A stretch of 64,000 nt of DNA, taken from an uncultured Ruminococcus sp. (GTDB lineage: Bacteria > Bacillota > Clostridia > Oscillospirales > CAG-382). Under the pieces are notes generated by a model. The model was not told the DNA's origin. It did no database searches and saw only the letters and a list, made by a program, of their open reading frames with translations. The stretch spans positions 838 to 64,837 of the forward strand of contig CAZNCN010000006.1 in the NCBI GenBank assembly GCA_964571635.1, given 5' to 3'. Of this stretch, positions 1 to 8,808 are shown in pieces. Each line of letters starts with the position of its first letter. Position 1 is the first letter of the stretch. A program made the translations under genes and the position numbers.

Positions 1-14
1 TCAAAAAGCAAAAC

Positions 15-587
15 TTAAATGTTGACGAGCAGGTTGATAAGCGAGCTGAATACCCAGTCGAGCAGGCCGAGAACGGCTGCAGCGGCGATGAGGACTACCA
101 GCACGAGTGCTGTCTGCTTGAGCAGGTCCTTGGGTCCGAGCCAGGTTATCTTTTTGAATTCGCTCTTATAATCGCGCAGGAATTTGCTGACGCGCTGTCC
201 AAACGGATTGTTTTCCTTGACACAGATGATGCAGACGATCACGAAGATCAGGCACAGGCCGAGGAAGACGAAAAGTCCCCAGGGGGTCTTGCTGCCTGTC
301 GAAGCGGTATCGGTGCTCGAGGTGTCTGAAGTCGTTGCACTCGTTGTGGACGAAACATCTGATGTGTCTGACTCATCGGCTTTTGAAGCGTCTTCGGAAG
401 CATCCTTTGAAGCATCCTCGGATTCATCCTCAGAAGCGTCGTCAGAGGTCTCGGCTTCGCTAACGACCGATTCGGTCGAAGCGTTGTCGACACTCTCTTG
501 CGAATCCTCTTCGGCAAAAGCACCAAAGCAGCAGAGCGACAGCACCACGATCAGAGCCAGCAGAGAAGCCACTAATCTTTTTGTCAT
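15..587 (-). CDS. secE: Preprotein translocase subunit SecE with a long N-terminal extension (signal peptide, acidic Ser/Thr stalk, extra TM)
   Basis: C-terminal SecE motif KFLRDYKSEFKKITW followed by a TM helix; lies directly downstream of rpmG; ATG at 587 with RBS AAGGAGG (the ORF-track start at 698 overlaps rpmG). Confidence 0.88.
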   Translation of the reverse strand: MTKRLVASLLALIVVLSLCCFGAFAEEDSQESVDNASTESVVSEAETSDDASEDESEDASKDASEDASKADESDTSDVSSTTSATTSDTSSTDTASTGSKTPWGLFVFLGLCLIFVIVCIICVKENNPFGQRVSKFLRDYKSEFKKITWLGPKDLLKQTALVLVVLIAAAAVLGLLDWVFSSLINLLVNI

Positions 588-597
588 GATGGCCTCC

Positions 598-747
598 TTA
601 TTTGCTCTCTTTGTGCAGCGTGTGCTTGCGGCAGAATCTGCAATACTTTTTGATCTCGAGTCTGTCAGGGTCGTTCTTTTTGTTTTTGGTGGTGTCATAG
701 TTGCGCTGTTTGCACTCGGTGCAAACGAAAGTGATCTTGACTCTCAT
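598..747 (-). CDS. rpmG: 50S ribosomal protein L33 (Zn-ribbon CxxC/CxxC type)
   Basis: Not in ORF track; manual translation [49 protein letters not shown]; GGAGG RBS; canonical rpmG-secE order. Confidence 0.97.
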   Translation of the reverse strand: MRVKITFVCTECKQRNYDTTKNKKNDPDRLEIKKYCRFCRKHTLHKESK

Positions 748-879
748 TTTACGGTACCTCCATTTTTGTTACCTCCCTCCGAGTTTGAAGGCAGGAATGC
801 TGCAAAAGCTTTATGGCGGAGGAAATCGAGTGCCGCCTTTTGCTCACAACAAAAAAACCCCAAACACAGAGGTAAAGTT

Positions 880-908
880 ATTATAACAGTCATAAATGCT
901 TTTGTCAA
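880..908 (-). promoter_or_regulatory. Sigma-A promoter of rpmG-secE
   Basis: TTGACA-17bp-TATAAT with TGn extended -10 on the minus strand. Confidence 0.8.
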
Positions 909-987
909 GCACTTTTTCGAAAAATATGCCAAAAAAGTATAGAAAGATCCTCTCGAAGCTTTTTGGCATTCAAGAGGATCTGTGAAA

Positions 988-1851
988 TTATATTTTCTGT
1001 TTGCTTATGCCAAAGACCCGGTTGTCAAGCCAATCTATCGACATGTCAAACCACTTTGCGACGTCGGGCAGGATATATGCACGCTCGGCATCCCAATCGG
1101 GTGCGGACTGCCAGTCTGAAAGTGCGAGTCCGTGTCTGCCGTGGGGGAATATGTGCAATTCATAAGGTATCTTTTTGTCGGCGAGTGCTTTTGCGATGAG
1201 CAGAGAATTCTGTGCAGGCACTGCATCGTCGGACATGGTCGTCCAGATGAACATAGGCGGGCAGGACTCGGTTATGCGGTTTTCAAGCGAGGCGTCAAAG
1301 ATGGCTTTTTCGTCGGCATCCTTGCCGAGTAGAGCGTTAAACGAGCCTCTGTGCGCATATACTCCGCCCGAAACGACGGGATAGCAGAGCACTGCGGCGT
1401 TGACCTTGATAGAATCGCTGTCTGTCTTGAGTGCATCGCAAAGCCACTGCTCGGTGTAGGAGGTGGCAATAAAGCCTGCGAGGTGTCCGCCTGCCGAAAA
1501 GCCTATGACGGCTATGCGATCTTCGTCGTTGTTGTGCTCGATCGCGTGGTCGCGTGCGTATTTGACTGCGGCAGCGGCATCAAGCAGGGGATTGTTGCGC
1601 TCGCATCTGCCCGAGCCTACGGTATAATTGCAGACATATGCGTTATAGCCCTTTGAATAATAAGAAACCGCAATGCATTCCGCTTCTCTGCGTGACGTGA
1701 ATTCATAACCGCCGCCGGGAAATACCACCATAACGGGTCTTTTGCGCTTTGTTATCTCAGAATAAGGCTCGTGGATATAGCATTCTATCGTGACCTCATC
1801 CGAATATTTATGGCATTGGCTCTGATAGAGCTTTTCTGTCTTGACTGTCAT
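988..1851 (-). CDS. Alpha/beta hydrolase (acetyl esterase/lipase family)
   Basis: PGGGY oxyanion motif, GFSAG nucleophile elbow, DDAVP and HG(R)HGL catalytic Asp/His. Confidence 0.9.
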   Translation of the reverse strand: MTVKTEKLYQSQCHKYSDEVTIECYIHEPYSEITKRKRPVMVVFPGGGYEFTSRREAECIAVSYYSKGYNAYVCNYTVGSGRCERNNPLLDAAAAVKYARDHAIEHNNDEDRIAVIGFSAGGHLAGFIATSYTEQWLCDALKTDSDSIKVNAAVLCYPVVSGGVYAHRGSFNALLGKDADEKAIFDASLENRITESCPPMFIWTTMSDDAVPAQNSLLIAKALADKKIPYELHIFPHGRHGLALSDWQSAPDWDAERAYILPDVAKWFDMSIDWLDNRVFGISKQKI

Positions 1852-3403
1852 CTTTGTTTTTGCTCCTTTTTGTTTTGATAAAGCTGTATATTATCGCCGC
1901 TGCGACAGCCGCAGAGGCAGGATAAAGCACAAAATCTCCGATATACGAATAAACCGTGCGGTGCGACAACAATTCTGCCTTGCCTGCGATGCATTCGAAT
2001 GTTTGCACGCCACCCTTGCTTATAACGTTGCCTTTTTCGTCGATTATCGCAGAAACACCCGTGTTGGCTGCCTGAACAAAATATCTGCCGCATTCGATGG
2101 CACGCAGCTTGGCGTGCCTGTAATGCTGCGAAACACCGGGCGAAACCTTGAACCAGCTGTCGTTGGTGACGATAGTCATTATTTCTGCGCCCTCACGCAC
2201 CTCATCAAGTGCAAGAGAGGGAAATATCGAGTCGAAGCAAACGAGCGTGCCGACATCGGCGTTCATGCATTCAAGCACCACGGCATTCTCACCTGCCTCG
2301 AGCGTCATGCCTGACAGATTCATGCTCTTTAAAAACGGCATAAGAGTCTCGAGCAGCTCGCTGTAGGGTATGTATTCGCCAAACGGCACGGGGTGCCGCT
2401 TGTCATACGGCTCGCTTATGCTGCCGTCGGCGTTTATTGCCACGACGCTGTTTGTCTTTGTATCTTCGCTCTTGATCATAACTCCGACGACAATCGAAAT
2501 ATCCTCTTCCGAAGCGAGCCTTTTATAAAGCTTGCCGAGCGAATTATTGCTTGTAAACGACAAAGGAATGGCACTCTCTGGCATGACGACTATATCCGCA
2601 CCGAGATTTGCCGCATCTCTGACAAGGGCTGTATAGCGCTCTGTGATCTCTGTCAGCATGTCTGTCTGCCATTTCTCTTCCATTTTGACATTGCCCTGAA
2701 CTGCGGCAATGGTGAGCTCTCCGTTTGATACGGGCTCTGAAAAATACATTGCTGTGCCTAATGCAAGGTTTAAAAGCATGATCGATGCGCCCGAGATCGC
2801 AAACGCCTTTTTTCTGTCAACTATGGCGTATGCAATCATCGAGCAGCCGCCTATTATTATATAGGTAATAAAATATCCGCCGAATACCCCCGAGGTCTGC
2901 ACCATCGGCAAAAATCCCGTCTGCGACAGCGCCACCGTTCCCCACGGAAAAGCGAGCGTGCCGGATGCGATGACCAATTCGGCTATCATCCAGACACAGG
3001 GCAATATGCAGCACGCAAGTGCTTTGCTCTTGACGGGCTTCAGGAGCAGCATTATGGCAGAATGCAATGCCGAGTGATAAAGCGGTATCAGAATGCATGC
3101 CGCTATAATAACAAATATCGCCTGACCCTTGGTGAAGTTGAATGATTCAAACGGGTAAAGCGATGATAAAAAGCTGTAGAGTACAAGATAAAATCCAAAA
3201 AAGAATGCTATGCAGTGGCGATAAAGGTGCTTTATTCTGTCGCCTGTAAAAAGCACGGCAAAAAAGCCTGTGAGCGCAAGATATGTGCAGGCAAAAAGCT
3301 GCTCGGCAAGATAAGGCACCGAGTATAGCACTCCGAGGGCAAAGCAGGCGATGACAGAAACGCCTCGCCTTGCCAATATTTTGTTTATCTTTTGTGATGT
3401 CAT
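1808..3403 (-). CDS. lnt: Apolipoprotein N-acyltransferase
   Basis: Multi-TM N-terminus with FPW motif, then a nitrilase domain: QGN, PESA (Glu), YDKRHPVPFGEYIP (Lys), VCFDSIF (Cys), TNDSWF, RAIECGR, NTGVS. Confidence 0.9.
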   Translation of the reverse strand: MTSQKINKILARRGVSVIACFALGVLYSVPYLAEQLFACTYLALTGFFAVLFTGDRIKHLYRHCIAFFFGFYLVLYSFLSSLYPFESFNFTKGQAIFVIIAACILIPLYHSALHSAIMLLLKPVKSKALACCILPCVWMIAELVIASGTLAFPWGTVALSQTGFLPMVQTSGVFGGYFITYIIIGGCSMIAYAIVDRKKAFAISGASIMLLNLALGTAMYFSEPVSNGELTIAAVQGNVKMEEKWQTDMLTEITERYTALVRDAANLGADIVVMPESAIPLSFTSNNSLGKLYKRLASEEDISIVVGVMIKSEDTKTNSVVAINADGSISEPYDKRHPVPFGEYIPYSELLETLMPFLKSMNLSGMTLEAGENAVVLECMNADVGTLVCFDSIFPSLALDEVREGAEIMTIVTNDSWFKVSPGVSQHYRHAKLRAIECGRYFVQAANTGVSAIIDEKGNVISKGGVQTFECIAGKAELLSHRTVYSYIGDFVLYPASAAVAAAIIYSFIKTKRSKNKDDSQDRKALSEPMP

Positions 3404-4248
3404 AATTCCGAAAGCATTTTTTTGACCGCATCGGTCGCATATTCAAATGCGGCAAACGGCGTGTCAAAGCTGTGCTTGTGCTTGATGCTGTCTGCGGCAA
3501 GCGCACCGAGACCGACAAAATCCGTCAGATGCGGCTCAACAGTAAGTATCATTTCGCCGTCAAACAGCTTGTCAAGTGTTAAAAGCACGTTTTTGATGTC
3601 GGCTCTGCCCTCGCCCGGGGGAACTATGCAGCCGGGCTCGTCGCAGTCCTTGATATGGCAGTAGGTAATATAATCAGCCAGCAATTCGGGCGCATGTCTG
3701 CCGTCGACCCCGCAATAAGCAAAATTGCCCGGGTCGAGCACAGCGCGCAATTTGCCGCCGAAGTGCTTAAACATATCCAATTCTCTCTCGGGTGTCTCGC
3801 CGTAGATATCCTTTTCGTTCTCGTGGCAAAGCACAAAGCCGCGCTTTTCGGCAAGAGAAACAAGCCGTGACACCCTGTCAAACGCACATTTCTTAAATTC
3901 CGCATCTGTCATGCCGTCTGCGGGATAGAACGAAAACATACGAATCCGGTTGCACGACAGCGTTTCGCCTATATCCATTATACGCTCTGCGAGCGCCATG
4001 TGCGCATCCATATCGTCGTCGCATTTGATCTTGCCCAGCGGACTGCCGAGCGCCGAAAGCCCTATGCCGTGCGCATCAAGCTTCGCTTTAACGCTCATTA
4101 CCTCGCTGTCGTCAAGCAATGTAAAGCTCTTGCCGTCGACACCGCGCAATTCGAGCATATTAATGCCGAGCCTGTCGAGCGCGTTGAGCTGCTCGTCAAA
4201 ATCGGGACTTATTTCATCGGCGAACGCCGAGAGTATAAATTTAGCCAT
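3400..4248 (-). CDS. Sugar phosphate isomerase/epimerase (xylose isomerase-like TIM barrel)
   Basis: SAFADE, HENEKDIYG, DPGNF, HIKD, EPHL metal-binding motifs. Confidence 0.85.
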   Translation of the reverse strand: MAKFILSAFADEISPDFDEQLNALDRLGINMLELRGVDGKSFTLLDDSEVMSVKAKLDAHGIGLSALGSPLGKIKCDDDMDAHMALAERIMDIGETLSCNRIRMFSFYPADGMTDAEFKKCAFDRVSRLVSLAEKRGFVLCHENEKDIYGETPERELDMFKHFGGKLRAVLDPGNFAYCGVDGRHAPELLADYITYCHIKDCDEPGCIVPPGEGRADIKNVLLTLDKLFDGEMILTVEPHLTDFVGLGALAADSIKHKHSFDTPFAAFEYATDAVKKMLSEL

Positions 4249-4280
4249 ATCCAAGCCTCTTTAACAATAATGAATGAAAA

Positions 4281-5150
4281 TCAGTCTGTTTCTTTGATTT
4301 CGGCCTCTATGCCCATGACCTTGCCGCCTTCGAAATAGCCGGTATAGGATTTGCCCGAGGCGAATGTATATTTGCCCTTTGCGCCGTGCACATATGTGCC
4401 GTCTGCGTTGGTGACAAAATTGCCGTCGGCGTCAAGCGTGCGAGTGTCTATAAGACCGTTCACAAAGTTGCCGTCGTATCTTTCACCGTCGCTCCAGACA
4501 TAAGAGCCCTCGCCGTGGCGCATGTCGTTGCTGAAAAATCCGCGATATATGTCGCCGTTTGCATAATGCAGCGTGCCCTGTCCGCTCTTGACGTCGTCGG
4601 CAAAATAGCCCTCGTATTTTGCATAAGTGCCGTCGGACTTTGTCGCCCAGGTATAAACACCGTAGCCGCTTTTTACACCCGAGGCAAAGCTGCCCTCATA
4701 GGTGCTGCCGTCGGCATAAGTCATCACGCCTGTGCCCTCATATTTGTTGTCCTTGAAAGTACCCCGATAAACGTCACCGCCCGCATAGGTGAAAACGCCG
4801 GTGCCGCTTATCTTGTCGTTTGAAAAATACCCGACATAAACATCGCCCGTTGCGGCGTATTGCATCGTGCCATAGCCGTGGCGGCACAGACCCTTTATCT
4901 CGCCGATATATTTATCGCCGTTTGAAAAGACTATCGTGCCTGCCTCATAATCGAGCACGCCCGTTTCTCCCGAGGGATAGTTGACAGTGCCCTTGACCGC
5001 CTGACCGTCGACCGCTCTGCCTATAAACCTCATGCCCTCGTCGTCGGTTATCAATGCATAGCCGAGCGCAGAGAGCGCAACGAAAAGCACTATCACGCAG
5101 ACGAGTGCTGCAGCGGCGATATAGATTATCGGTCTGACAATTTTGTTCAT
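4281..5150 (-). CDS. Membrane-anchored MORN-repeat protein
   Basis: N-terminal TM then about 7-8 repeats of YxGxFxxxxxxGxGxxxYxxG. Confidence 0.88.
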   Translation of the reverse strand: MNKIVRPIIYIAAAALVCVIVLFVALSALGYALITDDEGMRFIGRAVDGQAVKGTVNYPSGETGVLDYEAGTIVFSNGDKYIGEIKGLCRHGYGTMQYAATGDVYVGYFSNDKISGTGVFTYAGGDVYRGTFKDNKYEGTGVMTYADGSTYEGSFASGVKSGYGVYTWATKSDGTYAKYEGYFADDVKSGQGTLHYANGDIYRGFFSNDMRHGEGSYVWSDGERYDGNFVNGLIDTRTLDADGNFVTNADGTYVHGAKGKYTFASGKSYTGYFEGGKVMGIEAEIKETD

Positions 5151-5156
5151 AGCGTT

Positions 5157-5585
5157 TTATCTCCCGGTATTTACATCTTCCAAAAGACTGCCCAAAGCGT
5201 TCTCAAACACAGGCACAAGTGCAGTTGCGAGCGCCGCGACCGCAGCGATGGCAACCAGCATCAGTATGGTTTTGAGAATGAGGTGCTGCTCTTTTGCATA
5301 GAACGCCTTTGCCGCTTCCTTGCGCTCGGGAACTATATAATATCTGCCTTCGGGCGTCAAGGCGACGGTCTTGCCAAACATGCCGCTCTTGCCGATCGAC
5401 TGCTCGACCGCACGGCTCGGCGGGCAGGCGAGCCTCGACGCATCTATGGCGTTGGCTTCGCCGACCGCGTCTATCTCAAGCAACGCGCTGACAAATCCGC
5501 TGAATGTCTTCTGTGTTATTGCAGAATAGATCGTCCCAACCGCAAAGGCTGCGGCGATGACCCAAATTAGTGAAGTAGGATTCAT
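5157..5585 (-). CDS. Hypothetical membrane protein (2 TM)
   Basis: GAGGTG RBS; hydrophobic segments at both ends; same-strand packing between serS and the MORN gene. Confidence 0.75.
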   Translation of the reverse strand: MNPTSLIWVIAAAFAVGTIYSAITQKTFSGFVSALLEIDAVGEANAIDASRLACPPSRAVEQSIGKSGMFGKTVALTPEGRYYIVPERKEAAKAFYAKEQHLILKTILMLVAIAAVAALATALVPVFENALGSLLEDVNTGR

Positions 5586-5674
5586 TAAAAACACCTCGTA
5601 TAGACCGCTTGTGAAAAAACAGAAAATAGTTGATAATTACAAATCATAAATATCGTAAATGGCTGAAAATAGTT

Positions 5675-6961
5675 TTATTTGCGGCAGACGATCTTATCCT
5701 GTCCGCCCATATAAGGACGCAGTGCGACGGGAATATTGACCGAGCCGTCCGCATTCAGATTATTCTCAAGGAACGCGATGAGCATACGCGGAGGCGCAAC
5801 CACCGTGTTGTTGAGTGTGTTTGCGAGATAGTTGCCGTCCTCGCCTCTGACACGTATCTTGAGGCGTCTTGCCTGAGCATCGCCGAGGTTCGAGCATGAG
5901 CAGACCTCAAAATACTTTTGCTGTCTGGGGCTCCATGCCTCTATATCGCAGGACTTGACCTTGAGGTCGGCGAGGTCGCCCGAGCAGCACTCGAGCTGAC
6001 GAACGGGAATGTCGAGCGATCTGAAAAGCTCAACGCTCATGCGCCACATCTTTTCATACCAATCCATAGCTTCTTCGGGCTTGCAGATGACTATCATCTC
6101 TTGCTTTTCAAACTGATGTATGCGATAAACGCCGCGCTCCTCTATGCCGTGCGCGCCCTTCTCTTTTCTAAAACAGGGTGAATAGCTGGTGAGCGTGATG
6201 GGCAATTGCTCTTCGGGAATAACTCTGTCGATAAATCTGCCTATCATAGAGTGCTCGCTCGTGCCTATGAGATAGAGGTCCTCACCCTCGATCTTGTACA
6301 TCATGGCATCCATTTCGGCAAACGACATGACACCTGCCGCGACCTCGCTGCGGATCATGAACGGGGGAACGCAATAGGTAAAGCCCTTGTTGATCATGAA
6401 ATCACGGGCATACGAAAGTATCGAGCTGTGCAGTCTTGCGATGTCGCCTGTGAGATAATAAAAGCCGTTGCCTGCAACTCTGCGTGCGGAATCAAGATCG
6501 ATGCCGTCGAGTGACTCCATAATATCTGTGTGATAGGGGATATCAAAATCAGGCGTAACAGGCTCGCCGAATCGTGCGACCTCGACGTTTTCAGAGTCGT
6601 CCTTGCCGATGGGCACAGACGGGTCTATGATATTGGGCAGCGTCATAAGAATTGCGGTGATGCGCTCGGGCAATTCTTTTTCAAGCGATGCAAGCTCGTC
6701 AAGCCTTGCGTTGATCTCTTTGACGCGGTTCTTGCATTCCTCTGCCTCGTCCTTTTTGCTTGCCGCCATAAGTGCGCCTATCTGCTTTGAAACGCGGTTC
6801 TTTTCGGCTCTTAAGTCGTTGCCCTCCTGCTCGGCGGCACGCTTGCGCTCGTCAAGCTCGATGACCTCATCAACGAGCGGCAATTTTTGATCCTGGAATT
6901 TATTGCGAATGTTCTGCTTTACTGCCTCGGGATTTGCTCTGACAAATTTGATATCAAGCAT
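5675..6961 (-). CDS. serS: Seryl-tRNA synthetase
   Basis: MLDIKFVR start, coiled-coil arm, LIGTSEH, CFRKEKG, RIHQFEKQE, SCSN, TLNNT. Confidence 0.98.
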   Translation of the reverse strand: MLDIKFVRANPEAVKQNIRNKFQDQKLPLVDEVIELDERKRAAEQEGNDLRAEKNRVSKQIGALMAASKKDEAEECKNRVKEINARLDELASLEKELPERITAILMTLPNIIDPSVPIGKDDSENVEVARFGEPVTPDFDIPYHTDIMESLDGIDLDSARRVAGNGFYYLTGDIARLHSSILSYARDFMINKGFTYCVPPFMIRSEVAAGVMSFAEMDAMMYKIEGEDLYLIGTSEHSMIGRFIDRVIPEEQLPITLTSYSPCFRKEKGAHGIEERGVYRIHQFEKQEMIVICKPEEAMDWYEKMWRMSVELFRSLDIPVRQLECCSGDLADLKVKSCDIEAWSPRQQKYFEVCSCSNLGDAQARRLKIRVRGEDGNYLANTLNNTVVAPPRMLIAFLENNLNADGSVNIPVALRPYMGGQDKIVCRK

Positions 6962-6996
6962 GATTGATTACCTCTGTTATATATAGAATAAGTTAT

Positions 6997-7893
6997 TTAT
7001 TGGTTGTCGGCTTCAAAAAAGCCGTCGCCGCATATTGATTTGATCAGCGTTTCGAGATCGTCTGTGCCGGAATAGGCGAGCGAGATGACTCCGCTGCCGT
7101 CGGATTTGCGCTTTATCGAAACATGTCTGCCGAGCGTGTCGCCTGCACGGCTCTCGAGCTTGCGATAATAGGATGCCGTGACTGCCGACTGTGCGGGTGC
7201 TCTGACAACTGTTTTTGCCGATTGCATTATTTTGACAAGCTGCTCTGTCTGTCTGACAGACAAATTCTCTTTGATGACCCTCTCGGCGGTCGAAATAACA
7301 TCATATTCCGAGAGTGTATCGCAAAGCGGCACCAAAGTGCGCGCGTGTCCGAAAGTTAGCGAGCCGTCAGAAACACAGTCTCTGACCTTCTGCGGCAATT
7401 TTAATATACGCAAAATATTTGCGACTGCGGCACGTGATTTGCCGACACGCTCTGCCGCCTGCTCCTGCGTGAGCCCGTAGGTCTGCATGAGCGATCTGTA
7501 TCCCTCTGCCTCCTCGATGGGATTGAGGTTCTCGCGCTGCAGGTTCTCTATCAAAGAGATCTCGGCTGCCGTCTTGTCGTCGACGTCTTTTATTACGCAC
7601 GGGACTTCGATGAGTCCTGCCATTCTTGCCGCGCGCCAGCGCCTCTCGCCTGCAATTATCTCATAAAAGCCGCCTGCGACAGGTCTGACCGCTATCGGCT
7701 GAATTATGCCGTGGAGGGCTATCGATTCACTCAGCTCTCGCAGAGCCTCCTGATCAAACTCCTTGCGTGCCTGCAACGGATTAGGCTCTATGTCGGCGAG
7801 CTTCAGCATCATTACGCCGCCCGACGAGGTCTCAACGGCGTTATCATAGAGCAGGGCATCAAGTCCTCTGCCCAAACCTTTTTTTGCACTCAT
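6997..7893 (-). CDS. parB: Chromosome partitioning protein ParB/Spo0J
   Basis: KKGLGRGL, IAGERRWRA, ENLQRENLNPIEEA, HTH GKSRAAVAN. Confidence 0.96.
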   Translation of the reverse strand: MSAKKGLGRGLDALLYDNAVETSSGGVMMLKLADIEPNPLQARKEFDQEALRELSESIALHGIIQPIAVRPVAGGFYEIIAGERRWRAARMAGLIEVPCVIKDVDDKTAAEISLIENLQRENLNPIEEAEGYRSLMQTYGLTQEQAAERVGKSRAAVANILRILKLPQKVRDCVSDGSLTFGHARTLVPLCDTLSEYDVISTAERVIKENLSVRQTEQLVKIMQSAKTVVRAPAQSAVTASYYRKLESRAGDTLGRHVSIKRKSDGSGVISLAYSGTDDLETLIKSICGDGFFEADNQ

Positions 7894-8663
7894 TTTGTAC
7901 CTCCGCAGCGCTTGTCTATCTCTCTTGCGGCCATGGCAAACGCCAAAGCACCCTTTGAATTGCGGTCGTATTCGATGACCGGCAGACCGTAGCTCGGTGA
8001 CTCGCTTATTCTGACATTGCGAGGTATGGGCGTCGAGATCAGCTTGTCCTTGAAATGACGCTTGATCTCCTCCATGACCTGCAGTGAAAGGTTGAGCCTG
8101 CCGTCATACATGTTGATGAGCACTCCGACGAGCGCCAGCGACGGATTATAAAGCTTGTTTATCTGCTTGAGTGTCTGAGTGAGCTGTGAAAGCCCCTCGA
8201 GCGAAAAATATTCGCACAGTACGGGAATGACCACACCGTCCGAAGCGACGAGTGCGTTGACGGTCAATAAGCCGAGAGAGGGGGGACAGTCGATGATTAT
8301 ATAATCAAACTGATCTCTGACCGCCATTAATGCATCTCTCAGTCTGTATTCACGTCTTTCCTGATCGACCAGCTCGAGCTCTGCACCGACGAGCATCATG
8401 CCCGAGGGTATCAGATAAAGATTGTTGACTTTTGTTTTTGCGGCAGCATTCATGACGTCAGACCTGCCTATGAGCACATCATAGACGGTGTCACCGCCGC
8501 ATCTTTTGCTTATGCCGAGCCCTGACGTAAGGTTGCCCTGCGGATCGCTGTCGACACACAGCACTTTTTTGCCGCCGCGTGCAAGACAGGCGGCTATATT
8601 CAAGGCGCAGGATGTCTTGCCCACGCCGCCTTTTTGATTGGCAAAGGTGATGATTTTTATCAT
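7890..8663 (-). CDS. parA: Chromosome partitioning ATPase ParA/Soj
   Basis: NQKGGVGKT deviant Walker A, DSDPQGN, IDCPPSLG, IPRNVRISESPSYG; start trimmed to MIKII. Confidence 0.96.
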   Translation of the reverse strand: MIKIITFANQKGGVGKTSCALNIAACLARGGKKVLCVDSDPQGNLTSGLGISKRCGGDTVYDVLIGRSDVMNAAAKTKVNNLYLIPSGMMLVGAELELVDQERREYRLRDALMAVRDQFDYIIIDCPPSLGLLTVNALVASDGVVIPVLCEYFSLEGLSQLTQTLKQINKLYNPSLALVGVLINMYDGRLNLSLQVMEEIKRHFKDKLISTPIPRNVRISESPSYGLPVIEYDRNSKGALAFAMAAREIDKRCGGTK

Positions 8664-8693
8664 TCGACGACACTTCCCCTGTTTAATATTGCT

Positions 8694-8766
8694 ATTATAA
8701 CAAAAAATTATTTGTATGTCAACCGAAACATATCGCCTTGACAAGCGAGAAAAGCAATTGTATAAT
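8694..8766. promoter_or_regulatory. Back-to-back divergent consensus sigma-A promoters (parA on -, phosphoesterase on +)
   Basis: Minus: TTGACA 8722-8717, 17 bp, TATAAT 8699-8694. Plus: TTGACA 8738-8743, 17 bp, TATAAT 8761-8766. Confidence 0.85.
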
Positions 8767-8808
8767 ATAACATATAGGTTAATTAATTCTTTAATCGTGG
8801 AGGCTTAT

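Noticed and set aside
184-942. 252-aa plus-strand ORF
   Set aside because: Antisense shadow of secE/rpmG low-complexity sequence; no RBS or family motif
4440-4930. ~69-bp periodic repeats
   Set aside because: Coding MORN repeats
8664-8808. Extended N-termini given by the ORF track for parA and the phosphoesterase
   Set aside because: These extensions run through the divergent promoters; the downstream ATGs fit the RBS and family starts better
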